Source: a virus. Taken from it: a DNA stretch of 64,000 nt. How positions within the stretch are numbered: the stretch's first letter is position 1; every line of letters begins with the position of its first letter. Under the pieces are notes generated by a model, which was not told the DNA's origin, did not search any database, and was given only the letters and a program-made list of their open reading frames with translations. The DNA is taken from positions 1-64,000 of IMG/VR virus record IMGVR_UViG_3300035698_016988; one strand, given 5' to 3'. The translations under genes and the position numbers were made by a program. This document shows, piece by piece, positions 1-10,000 of this stretch.

Positions 1-25
1 CAACTTTTTGTCCAACTTTAAACAT
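1..25 (-). CDS. 5' end of a hypothetical gene running off the window (MFKVGQKV...)
   Basis: ATG at 25-23 with a GGAG SD and a sigma70-like promoter upstream. Confidence 0.45.
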
Positions 26-63
26 TTTGTCGACTCCGTTTGTTTGTGTTTCTCATTATCTAG

Positions 64-91
64 ATAATAACACCAATGTGAAATAAGTCAA
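64..91 (-). promoter_or_regulatory. sigma70-type (early) promoter
   Basis: TTGACT-N16-TATTAT with extended TG; near copy of the promoter at 960-987. Confidence 0.65.
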
Positions 92-291
92 GCACCTTTT
101 TTGTCTCTTAATGCAATTTCTTCTGGCGTCATAAGTTTCGTCCAAGCGGCGTAGGCGGCATTGCGTAGGTTTGCAATTTTTGCTTTTGGCATATTCTGTG
201 GGAATTTTCTTCCCTCAATGGCCCAAGGGAGAATATCATGAACTCGATAACTGTCCAAAATAATACGCGATGCCTGGCGATACGTTACCAT
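88..291 (-). CDS. hypothetical protein; possibly the frameshifted C-terminal part of the upstream HNH-like gene
   Basis: 67-aa ORF with no SD; its frame stays open into the end of the upstream ORF. Confidence 0.5.
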   Translation of the reverse strand: MVTYRQASRIILDSYRVHDILPWAIEGRKFPQNMPKAKIANLRNAAYAAWTKLMTPEEIALRDKKGA

Positions 292-569
292 GCGTTGCTT
301 GTCATACCAGGAAACATAGTCAATTTTGCGAGCTCGGATTTCAAGTGGAATTTAACTTTCAAAGGGGCATCACCAATTTGCGCATTAATCCACTTGTGTG
401 CGGGCACCAAGTTCCACCTACTGTTAGGTACACACTTGGTCGAAACTAGGTGTTCTACGGTCGCCGTAGAGCCCACAACAATAGTCTCACCGGTGTAGAA
501 ACAAACTGCGGTTTTATCGTCACCGAACACACTTTTTCTCCGACGCTGGCTTGGCCAATCAGACATCAT
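285..569 (-). CDS. HNH-like endonuclease domain protein
   Basis: CFYTG...TVEHL...NLVPAHKWIN pattern; start placed at the ATGA overlap with the upstream stop. Confidence 0.55.
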   Translation of the reverse strand: MMSDWPSQRRRKSVFGDDKTAVCFYTGETIVVGSTATVEHLVSTKCVPNSRWNLVPAHKWINAQIGDAPLKVKFHLKSELAKLTMFPGMTSNAW

Positions 570-934
570 GCTGCCTCCCGCCAACGAAGGAGTGTTTCAA
601 CCGAGACGCCTAACTCTTCTGCTTGGCGCTCGCACTCGATATCAAATTTTTCGTCCTTGCCATCGAGTAAATCAAGCTCTCGCTGGATATCTGCGTCTGA
701 CATTGTTTTGAAGTAAAAGTGACGGGGACGAACACCGTGAACGGTTTTGAAGTAGTCATAGAGCTCCATCTCCAGGAGATAACGCTCAAACTCTGCCGGA
801 GTGTGAATACCATAACCAGCCCAATGCTCAACGTCATTTGTGAGCATACCGACAACAGTGCCGCCTTGGATCTCAGCTATTTGCTGAAGTTCCCAATTTT
901 GTGCGTCGATATAAACTTTAAGTTCGTTTGCCAT
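566..934 (-). CDS. hypothetical early phage protein
   Basis: 122-aa ORF with an AGGAG SD, directly behind a promoter. Confidence 0.75.
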   Translation of the reverse strand: MANELKVYIDAQNWELQQIAEIQGGTVVGMLTNDVEHWAGYGIHTPAEFERYLLEMELYDYFKTVHGVRPRHFYFKTMSDADIQRELDLLDGKDEKFDIECERQAEELGVSVETLLRWREAA

Positions 935-959
935 GTTTTATCTCCTGTTTTCTCATTAT

Positions 960-987
960 AAGATAACATCAACATGATATAAGTCAA
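960..987 (-). promoter_or_regulatory. sigma70-type (early) promoter
   Basis: GTGCTTGACTTAT...TGTTATCTT followed by ATAATGAGAAA, as at 64-91. Confidence 0.65.
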
Positions 988-1031
988 GCACTTTTCTGGA
1001 GGATAAATAAACAAAACAACAGGAGACCCTA

Positions 1032-1463
1032 ATGAGAAAAATAAGAGCGTCCGGAGCAATCTTTCTAGCAATTGACACAGGGAAAGTTATGCTGTGCCTA
1101 CGATCAGATCAAGTAAGCCATGGAAATAAATGGGGATTCATTGGTGGAAAAATAGAAAAGGGTGAAAATGTTCTTCAAGGTTTAGAACGTGAACTCAGAG
1201 AAGAAATTGGATTTGTCCCGAGTTATCTAAAAGTGTATCCGTTCGATCATTTTGTCAGTCACGACCAAAGATTCGAATATAGCAGCATTGTAATTTTCAC
1301 AGCTAAAGAGTTCACGCCTACTTTAAACCATGAGAACTCAGGATATTGTTGGGTGAATCCCGGTCTATGGCCGAAGCCACTGCATCCAGGAGCAAGAGCT
1401 TGCCTAGAAAATAAATTCTTGATTAAAAATTTAGAAGATGTTAGAAAGCAACTTTTAGCTTAG
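1032..1463 (+). CDS. Nudix hydrolase
   Basis: Nudix box GGKIEKGENVLQGLERELREEIG. Confidence 0.93.
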   Translation: MRKIRASGAIFLAIDTGKVMLCLRSDQVSHGNKWGFIGGKIEKGENVLQGLERELREEIGFVPSYLKVYPFDHFVSHDQRFEYSSIVIFTAKEFTPTLNHENSGYCWVNPGLWPKPLHPGARACLENKFLIKNLEDVRKQLLA

Positions 1464-1718
1464 TGCGACCGCGACTGCGAAAGCTTCCTCAGCCGTTACG
1501 CTTCCGCTAGCGCCTGACGTTGCGGTGATGTTTAACCAAGTCGTTCCGTTGGAGACTTGTAGATTGGTTCCATTCCATCGAATCATACCGGATGCGGCGG
1601 ATGCAACAATACCGGAACCTTGTCCGACTTGAAGCGCTCCGTTAGCGTCACCGATGGTGACAATACCGTCTTCTGATGTTACTGTTTCAGTTGATAGATT
1701 GAAATCAATTCTAGCCAT
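1455..1718 (-). CDS. small virion/tail-fibre-associated structural protein
   Basis: GMIRWN...LQVSNGTTW repeat typical of phage tail fibre proteins; last gene of the structural operon. Confidence 0.6.
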   Translation of the reverse strand: MARIDFNLSTETVTSEDGIVTIGDANGALQVGQGSGIVASAASGMIRWNGTNLQVSNGTTWLNITATSGASGSVTAEEAFAVAVALS

Positions 1719-1730
1719 CGATCACTCCCT

Positions 1731-2492
1731 TTAGCTAACCTTTACGACGTTGTTCACAATCGTCCAGTTAATTGTATTTGCTGCGTTCTGACCAGTAACC
1801 GTAAACTGAACTGAGTTAGCGTTTGCTGCTACTGCGACTGACCAAGGCTGCGTAGAACCTGCGCCTGCCAAAGCAACAGTCGTTGTTGAAGGGGAACCGA
1901 CAATTGCGACGCCTGCTGCGCCTGCTCGTCTTGATCCACCAACAACATTGAACATTGCCGTGTCAGTTCCGGTTGTTGCATCTCTTGCAACAATTTGTGC
2001 ACTAAAGTTCCAAGCAGTGGATTCTTCCATAGTGAACAATGCGGTGTTAGAAGGCGTACCGGATGAAGTAGAGGTTGTTCCAACCAATTTCTCAGTTGCT
2101 GTTGGATCAGGTGGACCAACTTCAATCCAAACTGAACCATTATAAACTTCAAGTTTTCCTGAAACCGTGTTATAATACAAGTCACCAGTTGCTGGGCTTG
2201 CCGGCAAAGTGGTATTGACAAGCTGAACCAATTGCCAAGCAACCGGTGACTCATTAATACAAACTCTTACCTTATTGTCGGAAGTGTTATAATAAATCTG
2301 ACCTAAAACTGGATCAGTCGGTGCCGTCGTGTTAGCGAAATTCTCCATCAAGTGTAGGAAATTTTCGTTTTGAACTTCACCAAAACCTGTGGTTTTTCTA
2401 CCGATAAATTTGACAGAACGACTGGTATCGATTGAATTATCCGCAACCGTTGCTAACAAACTACCATTTCTTCTGTTTACTTCATAAGCCAT
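1731..2492 (-). CDS. baseplate/tail-fibre structural protein
   Basis: GEVQNENFLHLMENFA motif and GQIYYN/GDLYYN repeats typical of jumbo myophage baseplate proteins. Confidence 0.75.
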   Translation of the reverse strand: MAYEVNRRNGSLLATVADNSIDTSRSVKFIGRKTTGFGEVQNENFLHLMENFANTTAPTDPVLGQIYYNTSDNKVRVCINESPVAWQLVQLVNTTLPASPATGDLYYNTVSGKLEVYNGSVWIEVGPPDPTATEKLVGTTSTSSGTPSNTALFTMEESTAWNFSAQIVARDATTGTDTAMFNVVGGSRRAGAAGVAIVGSPSTTTVALAGAGSTQPWSVAVAANANSVQFTVTGQNAANTINWTIVNNVVKVS

Positions 2493-2528
2493 TTAGAACT
2501 CCTTCTTTCTATTATTTAGTCAGAACCG

Positions 2529-3149
2529 TTAAACCAACTGGTTTCGGAGCGAGTAAACAATTTCAATTTCTCTGTTAAGTGATTTCTGGATTGGGTGGAA
2601 AATAACATGCGTAATCAAGTTTCCTGAGTAGTCTTTCAACCCAATTTCATCGAATACAAAATTTCCTTCTGTAGACGACGCAGTATCAAAGTTATCCTGT
2701 CCTGAAGGCTCACCAAAATCTAATGTCGTTGTGATAACGATATCCGAAAACAAGTTACCCGAAACGTGACTAATTTCCATTTTATTATTCTCGGGATCAG
2801 AGTTTGAAATATTCTCATCATCAACTAATTTTGAATAAGTCGAATTATACAAATCCGCTGACTGGCCGATTGTGTTGGATGGAAGATAAGTAATTTCTCC
2901 AATTCCGTTTACAGTTGAGCCACCGTTTCCGTAGAAAATCTTTTCGATCTGACCATTCGACTTGTTTGCTAATGATCTAGCGACCGCAAGCGAATAGTTC
3001 TCAAAATGAATTGCGTTGTTCTTGTCTAAAATGACTTCTTTTGTGTTCTTGTCTCTAATCAAAAGATGACCAGTCACTTTAAGAGTAGCAATTTCGTTTG
3101 GTGCACGTTCCATATCTTCTGTGTCCTTTTTGTCAGAATCCTTGTTCAT
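2529..3149 (-). CDS. virion structural protein (baseplate wedge/collar-like)
   Basis: NAIH...FDEIGL...THVIFHPIQKSLNR pattern; structural operon context. Confidence 0.7.
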   Translation of the reverse strand: MNKDSDKKDTEDMERAPNEIATLKVTGHLLIRDKNTKEVILDKNNAIHFENYSLAVARSLANKSNGQIEKIFYGNGGSTVNGIGEITYLPSNTIGQSADLYNSTYSKLVDDENISNSDPENNKMEISHVSGNLFSDIVITTTLDFGEPSGQDNFDTASSTEGNFVFDEIGLKDYSGNLITHVIFHPIQKSLNREIEIVYSLRNQLV

Positions 3150-3154
3150 CTTAT

Positions 3155-6100
3155 TTATCTATTTCCCGGCGCTTCTTGAAGGAAGCGACTGATTACACTA
3201 TTGCTAGTTTGGATTTCGTCAGGAATGATTAGCTTGCCTTTATTTGGGCGGTTTTGGATACGAATCAAACTTCCAGTTGCTGGTTGTAAGCCAGAAACGA
3301 ATTTAATTTGTCTACCAAATACACTGTAATCAACGTTTCTGGTCTTTAACTCTTGCTTAGACCCAACAATTACCTTTCCTGAAGGATACGAGATACCGAC
3401 CGGAACGCCGATAAATGATCGAGTTAATTCTCCTAAGATATGAGCGCCAGTTTCGCTAGGATCATAATAACCAAATTCAATCTTTTCTTGATCGATCCAA
3501 AGAGCGCCGGTGTCACCTATTCTAGTTCCTTGTGCTTGTAATAGAGTCCCGTTTACAACCAAGATAGTAGATGCTACTGAAGAAGCAATGCCTAATTCAG
3601 TTAGTGCTGTTCCAACTAAGTTTGCAAGAGTAATTGCACCACCAACCAAGTTCACAATTTGTAGACGATCATCTTTATCTCTTGCAATAATGTTTTCAAT
3701 TCCAGCTGCATTGATATCAGCAACAACATTCGCCAACGCTGTCGAAGTAAATTCAACGCTCGTACCGTTAATCACAATACCTTCGCCGGATCCGAATGTA
3801 ACCACCGGAGTCGTTACCGTTCCTGTGGTTTGACCACCGAACAAGTCTTGAAGAGCATATCCAGAACTGTTCTCAATATTCAAAGCACCTCCGCCTGCGT
3901 GGCTGAATGTGATAATATCTGCTGCTACGCTAGCAGTGAGACCTCGATCAAATAATCCCGGTAACGCTTCAACATCAGTTTCAACCGACGCTGCATCCGT
4001 TCCGGTTAATGATAAGAACTCATATGCTCCACCGTTAAGTTGGATTCTAAGAACGTCCCCCGACTTTATCGATCCTGCTGGATTTGCGATATCCGTCGTC
4101 AATGTCGTAGGAGAAGGTAAAGTGAATACGCTTGAATCTTGCACAATGATGGTATCATCACTGATTTCTAGATCAGCTGCTAACTCTGTTGCTTCCCGGA
4201 CCCATACGCTAACTTCTGTTGGATCAGTAATTTCACCTAAGATGTTGTGAACAAAAATACCGGACTGTTGGGTTCTGTAATTGATACGTGATCTTTTTTC
4301 AACTTCTATCTTTTTAGGCATATCCTGTTTCGACGAAGCGTCAACTACTTTCGTTCCTGTAGAGTGGTTGAGACCCATACCGCCGTTTCCGTTTACACCC
4401 GGACGCAAACCGGTCAACAAGTGAGGAGAAACTGAATAATCAATTCCCCAGAATTCTATTAACTCGCCGTCGATATAAATTCTTCCCGGGATACGTTCAG
4501 CTGCCGGTACGGTTACCGGAGAAGGCTGACCCAATACGGCTGCGTCCTTTACCGAAATTGTCTGGTCAATTCCTGAGTCATATTCGCCAACCAATTCGGT
4601 GGTGTGTTTATCAGCGATGCGTTTAAACTCAAAATCTCCTCGTGGAGTTTTAATCATTCGGAACGCTGCTGGTCTCGAGGCTGATCTCTCGGTGGTGTAA
4701 GTAATTTGAATAACCGAGTTTAGATGACTAAGAGTATCATCTAAGAATTGAATTGTTCGGGTGTCTGCAAGTGAATCAACAATGTAAGAATAATCAATAC
4801 CTTCGAACTGAAGAACCCCGTCCATATAAACCCAAATATCACGAATAGTCGTCGGAACATTACCAATATCGTACGCTCGATTTGAATTTCCGTGGTAACA
4901 TTCATTACGCATTCCCATACTCAAATCTTCAGGTAATGTGATAATTCTCAAATCTGTCGGGTTGCTTGCTGTTAATGTATCGTTAGCGACCACTGTATCG
5001 CTTAGAACAAATTCTTCAGATCCAAATCCTAAGATAAAGATTTCGGCATTTAGACTCGGAATAGAGTTGAATATGATATCATTTCCAGAAACCGTATAAT
5101 CGTCACCAATACCCTCAGTTTGCAAAACTTGATTAAGATAGACTGCATAAGTTCCAGCAAAGGCCACCGGAGCTGAACTGGTATAGGTATCTTCACCTGC
5201 TTCAGCCAAATAAACCTTTGTATATGGCGCACGAAGTCTTTTACCGGTTGCTAAATCCCAAGCCTGAATTCCCATATAACCAGGAACAGTGCTTGTGGGT
5301 GGATTATCTAAGGTCGCTGTAATTGCGCTCGTTTCAATTTGTGATTGAACTTCGGTAAAGGTAATATCAGTAAAGACTGTGATAGCAACCGTTGCTCCTG
5401 CCGGAACGACCGGAGTATTGATAGTGACAATACTACCAGAAACAGACGTTGTTGCTACTTCTCCATTTACCGTAGCGAAAACATATCCGGGGTCAGTTAT
5501 AACGACTTCTAAATCAAACGCAGAAAGATTGGTATCATAAGTAATTAATCTTTTCTGGATAGGAGAGCCACCGAAACCGTAATGCATAAATGTCATTTTC
5601 GTTGTATCAACCGGCGGGGTTACCAAGGTAACTCTAGGATTGGTAATATGATCGTCTCTTTCTGACGTATCGTCATAAGTTGGATCATTCCAAGAAACAG
5701 TGTAATCGGTTGTTTCTCTGGTAATCAAACCATCTTCGAATACAAGAATTGCTTCAGACGATTGCGGAAGATAAGATAACTCATAAGTATCTGGAATTTC
5801 CGATTTGTAGAACTCTTCAGTTGACACGTCAGGACCACCACCAGTCGAAAGACTCAAATCTTCCTCAGCCAAATCGTAGCCTAGAGTATCATACGGAGAG
5901 TCATCATATCCGGGATCAGAACCTAGAACCTGCGCCTGGTTGGTGTAAACTCTAATCTCTAAGTTTTCTAAAACCCTAATAGGAGAAAGTTCTTGTGGGT
6001 GATTTCTATCCCAATGTGGTCTTAAGAATCCTTCACCTTCTAGGATGACATCTTCATCTCCTACGGTAGGATCCCAATCTTCGCCAGGGGCGTAAATTTT

Positions 6101-7060
6101 GTCATACAAATATTCGTAATCGATCACTGCGATATAAATTACCACGCCGACCGGAGGCGGAACATCGAATACAACGTTCAATCCTTCTACGGTGTAGGTT
6201 TCAGTGGTTAGTGTTCGAGTGCCGTCTGGTTGATCAAAATAGACCCATACCTTTTTAGTTTCGAACGGAACGTACGGTAACGGGAAAGTAACCGAGGCAG
6301 GTGGTGCCGGAACGGGAACGTCAACCGTTCCCCAATCTAAGGTAGTGGTTGCTGCTGCATTAATGAATCCGTAATCGTCAGTGTCAGTTGCCGCATCGAT
6401 CAACAAACCATAGTCAATAAAATCTAAAGTCGGGGTTGAACTGACTTCATAAAAAGCTTCTCGAACAGGAACGTCGTAACCGAATTTTTCAAAGAATTGT
6501 GAATCATATCCGATCTCGTCAATATTGATAGCGCCACCGGAAACCAAAAGACCTTGGAAATCACAATCCATAAGCTCTTCAATTGATTTCTTTTCCTCAT
6601 CAGTTCCTGGCTCATAGAAAATCGAAATTCTATTAGCAGCTTCTGACAAATTGGCTTGCTGAACATCGAAATTATCATAACCAAGTTCTTCTTCGTCTAA
6701 ATCAAAAGAGAAATCATATTCCTCAGTGTCATATCCAGGCAAATCAGTAACACACGAAACTCTGTCAAAATGAATTGTCGTTTTGGGATTCACAATCTCA
6801 GTGACTTGCAAATTGACATTTTCGAGCGTAGCTGATTGCTTCTCGGTTAGTCCAGAGAAATTGGTGTGATACGGTTTGGTTTCTTTCAGATACTCTAACA
6901 GATTTTCAACCTGATCAGCCGTGTCGATAGGAGTCTGCGCAAGGTTCGCATTAAAGCCTTTAACAAAAAGCAAGCTAGTTTTGAACGCCCAATCAATATC
7001 TTCTTGCTCATCTAGGACATGCCGTAGCATCGCAAAGAAGATTTCATTCTGATGACTCAT
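3155..7060 (-). CDS. large baseplate/virion structural protein (1301 aa)
   Basis: YLKETKPYHT motif; repeated VYxN/DGxLQxEGxDY beta modules. Confidence 0.75.
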   Translation of the reverse strand: MSHQNEIFFAMLRHVLDEQEDIDWAFKTSLLFVKGFNANLAQTPIDTADQVENLLEYLKETKPYHTNFSGLTEKQSATLENVNLQVTEIVNPKTTIHFDRVSCVTDLPGYDTEEYDFSFDLDEEELGYDNFDVQQANLSEAANRISIFYEPGTDEEKKSIEELMDCDFQGLLVSGGAINIDEIGYDSQFFEKFGYDVPVREAFYEVSSTPTLDFIDYGLLIDAATDTDDYGFINAAATTTLDWGTVDVPVPAPPASVTFPLPYVPFETKKVWVYFDQPDGTRTLTTETYTVEGLNVVFDVPPPVGVVIYIAVIDYEYLYDKIYAPGEDWDPTVGDEDVILEGEGFLRPHWDRNHPQELSPIRVLENLEIRVYTNQAQVLGSDPGYDDSPYDTLGYDLAEEDLSLSTGGGPDVSTEEFYKSEIPDTYELSYLPQSSEAILVFEDGLITRETTDYTVSWNDPTYDDTSERDDHITNPRVTLVTPPVDTTKMTFMHYGFGGSPIQKRLITYDTNLSAFDLEVVITDPGYVFATVNGEVATTSVSGSIVTINTPVVPAGATVAITVFTDITFTEVQSQIETSAITATLDNPPTSTVPGYMGIQAWDLATGKRLRAPYTKVYLAEAGEDTYTSSAPVAFAGTYAVYLNQVLQTEGIGDDYTVSGNDIIFNSIPSLNAEIFILGFGSEEFVLSDTVVANDTLTASNPTDLRIITLPEDLSMGMRNECYHGNSNRAYDIGNVPTTIRDIWVYMDGVLQFEGIDYSYIVDSLADTRTIQFLDDTLSHLNSVIQITYTTERSASRPAAFRMIKTPRGDFEFKRIADKHTTELVGEYDSGIDQTISVKDAAVLGQPSPVTVPAAERIPGRIYIDGELIEFWGIDYSVSPHLLTGLRPGVNGNGGMGLNHSTGTKVVDASSKQDMPKKIEVEKRSRINYRTQQSGIFVHNILGEITDPTEVSVWVREATELAADLEISDDTIIVQDSSVFTLPSPTTLTTDIANPAGSIKSGDVLRIQLNGGAYEFLSLTGTDAASVETDVEALPGLFDRGLTASVAADIITFSHAGGGALNIENSSGYALQDLFGGQTTGTVTTPVVTFGSGEGIVINGTSVEFTSTALANVVADINAAGIENIIARDKDDRLQIVNLVGGAITLANLVGTALTELGIASSVASTILVVNGTLLQAQGTRIGDTGALWIDQEKIEFGYYDPSETGAHILGELTRSFIGVPVGISYPSGKVIVGSKQELKTRNVDYSVFGRQIKFVSGLQPATGSLIRIQNRPNKGKLIIPDEIQTSNSVISRFLQEAPGNR

Positions 7061-7093
7061 TAAGAAACTCCATTGTTTCTGTTATTTACCATA

Positions 7094-10000
7094 TCAATCA
7101 TCGAAATAATCTACGAATTTTCCAACTGCGATTTTTCCTTCTGACTCTAAGTCGACATCCGAAAGATCAAACGAATAAAGTAAATCGTTTAGTTGAACAG
7201 TGCCGTCTTCGATTGCAATCGTGTGCCAGAAAACACGGCCTCCAGCAGCTTGATATTGTGACCATATCCAACGACCTTCGCCGTTGTCCAGAACTTGAAC
7301 AATATGACCGTTTGGATGTGCTGCTGCGTGTGCTTCAATTATAGAATCAGGATGAGATGCATCACGTTCTGCTATTGTTGCGAAAATTGTCGTTGGTGGA
7401 GTATCTTGGCTAACACCATCTCCGGAATCAGCGCCGCCTAATGTTTCTAGATCAGGGGTGTACCAATCAACATACGACCAATAATTCTGCATATCGAAAT
7501 CTTCTTTATCGAGCAAGGTAAAGGCAGAACCATCATAAGACCAGTGAGTCCATTTGTTTTTATCTTGTTCATCTTCTTGAACCAAAACAGTCATACCGGA
7601 TTCGAACAACGGATTAGTGGTTAATGCATCGCGATCAATTCGAGTGTTCACGATGAAATCATAGTCAGTTGGTTCTGGATCTTTATCTAAGAAAATAGCA
7701 GACCAACTAGCATCATTGTCCACCACGTTCTCTTCAATTAAGAGACGATTTGAAGCATTGACGAACGTTCTGCGTGCATTTTCTCTATCCACGAACATAG
7801 ACTGCCGGGGTCTAATATTCACTCCGTAACGTCTTGATTCGTTTAGGTTTAAATCCGGAAGACTGAGTCCTGTGGCATCCTCACCTACAAGGCTATATTT
7901 CAGTTTAGTCCAAATTGAAGTTGGAACCAAATCATCAGATGTCTCACGTAGAAGCTTCCATTCTTTGTGGACATTCTGATCATCACTCGGGTCTTTTCTA
8001 AAGTTGACTTGAACAATGACGTCATCGTTAATGACAATGTTCGTTGTATTTCCAACAATAAACGAACTGGTGTAAACACCTTCAACTGCTTGGGTTTCAA
8101 CCGGACTGAAGTAAAGAACTCCTGATGTCTTTGGAGAGTCGATAATGTTTTTCGCATCGAATGCCGAAATCTTTCTAAACGGTTTATTCGGTCGATAACG
8201 AGGATTCAATACCCAGAAATAATAGAACGTCCTGTTATGTTGAGTGGACTTATCAAATTCTACTCTTTCTACCCAAGCAGGGTTATCGCTATTCTTGACT
8301 GTTCCACTTGGAAGATAATCTGAACTTGCATTTGCTGATTGATCCGAAACGTAGGTATCCCAACCAGATGGCGGAACCGGTGAACGAGTCCACTCGTAAA
8401 GGTCAATAGAAGATCCCGGAAGCTTTCTGCCCCAATACTTTCTACGATAAGCCAAATTGCTTTGTTCGTAGTCTAAGTATCTTACTGCATTAATGTCCCA
8501 CCAAACTCTTCCGACTTGTTCAATACCCCAAGCTGATTCAGTGTTCTGAATAACCGAGGTATCATCGCCGGTATTATAAACGGCCGGGTCGATTTCCAGC
8601 ATGTAATAAACTTCTGATGTTGCTTTGCCCGGGATTGCTCTCTTAATAGGATCCCAAACAGACAATTGACTAATAGTCTGATTCGAAATTTTATCAAATA
8701 AGAACACTGATTCGATGATTGCCGTGTCTATTCTATCCTTTTGATATCTTACTTGATCCCATGTTGCGCCATTGTATTCATAAACAGACCAACGAGGATT
8801 GCCGGAATCAGTTAGACCTAGATTCACTTCACTGTCAGGATTGACAAATTGTCTCTCACCGGCTAACCATCCATCAGTCGGTGCGGAAGTTCCTAGATTA
8901 GCAACACTATCACGTCGCATTGTTTTCCAAATATAAAAGTCCGGTCCTGTTCCTACTGCTGTATATGTTGCATCGAATCCAAAGTCAGAAGCTGCGTTTC
9001 CGGAGAATGACAACGCCGTACCATCTAATTTTCTAAATGTCAAGAAACCGTTTGCATTTTCAAATTCAACATTCGGAATGCTTGCGGCATTTATCTGAGA
9101 TACCACGTCTGCATAAGAAACCGTTGCTCTGTATTCACTCTCTAATCCAAGCTGAGTTGCCGCCGTTCCTGTGATAGCAATAATAGTTGAGTTACCGAAC
9201 GAGAACGAGACGCTAGTGTCTGATTCTTCAGTTGCCGGCATTCCCGCTGCAACCATTTCGGCCACAATTTGTGTGAGTGTTCTACTTGCATAGAAAGTTC
9301 TTAGACCGAAGTCAACTGACGGAGTTCCTGTTCCGTCTGCAATTGTGATTGATCCGCCGTTCTTTTTCTCGAGTTGAATTTGTCCTGCTACATCCGTTGC
9401 TTCGATGTCGGTAATATCAAATGCTGTGTTCATTACACCAACATAGTCTGCAGTGGTTTTGCCAGCATAGACTTGATCGAATCCGATAATCTCTACGGCA
9501 TCTTCTGCAGCATCGACGTTGTAAATGTAGATGTCTCCACCCGTTCCGTGAGTAATATCAACTGCCCCACCAACATCCAATGCAGTAAGATCCGGAATCG
9601 CTGCGGTATTGATGTCATTCACGATTGCTGTTGTATCACCCGCGCCAGTAAAGACAACAACGCTTCCGTTAATATTCAAACCGTTTGAAGCATCAACAGT
9701 GACAACCGGAGTGGTGTTTGTTCCAGTCACGTTAGTGTTGAAAGCAAATCCTAATTCTTCAAGAGCATCTTCGGTTGTTCCGATTGATCGCAACGTGATT
9801 GGATTGTCGGCATAGTTCCAAATTCTTAGACGATTACTTGACGAACCACCTTTATCTGCAAAAATTCTATTAATCGCTGCGGTATTGATGTCATTAATAA
9901 TTGCATCCAAGTCACCGGTACCGGTCCATACCACATCGGTACCGTTAATATTGATACCGTTTGTGCCGTCGACTACGACTGTTGGGTTAATCGTGTCGCC

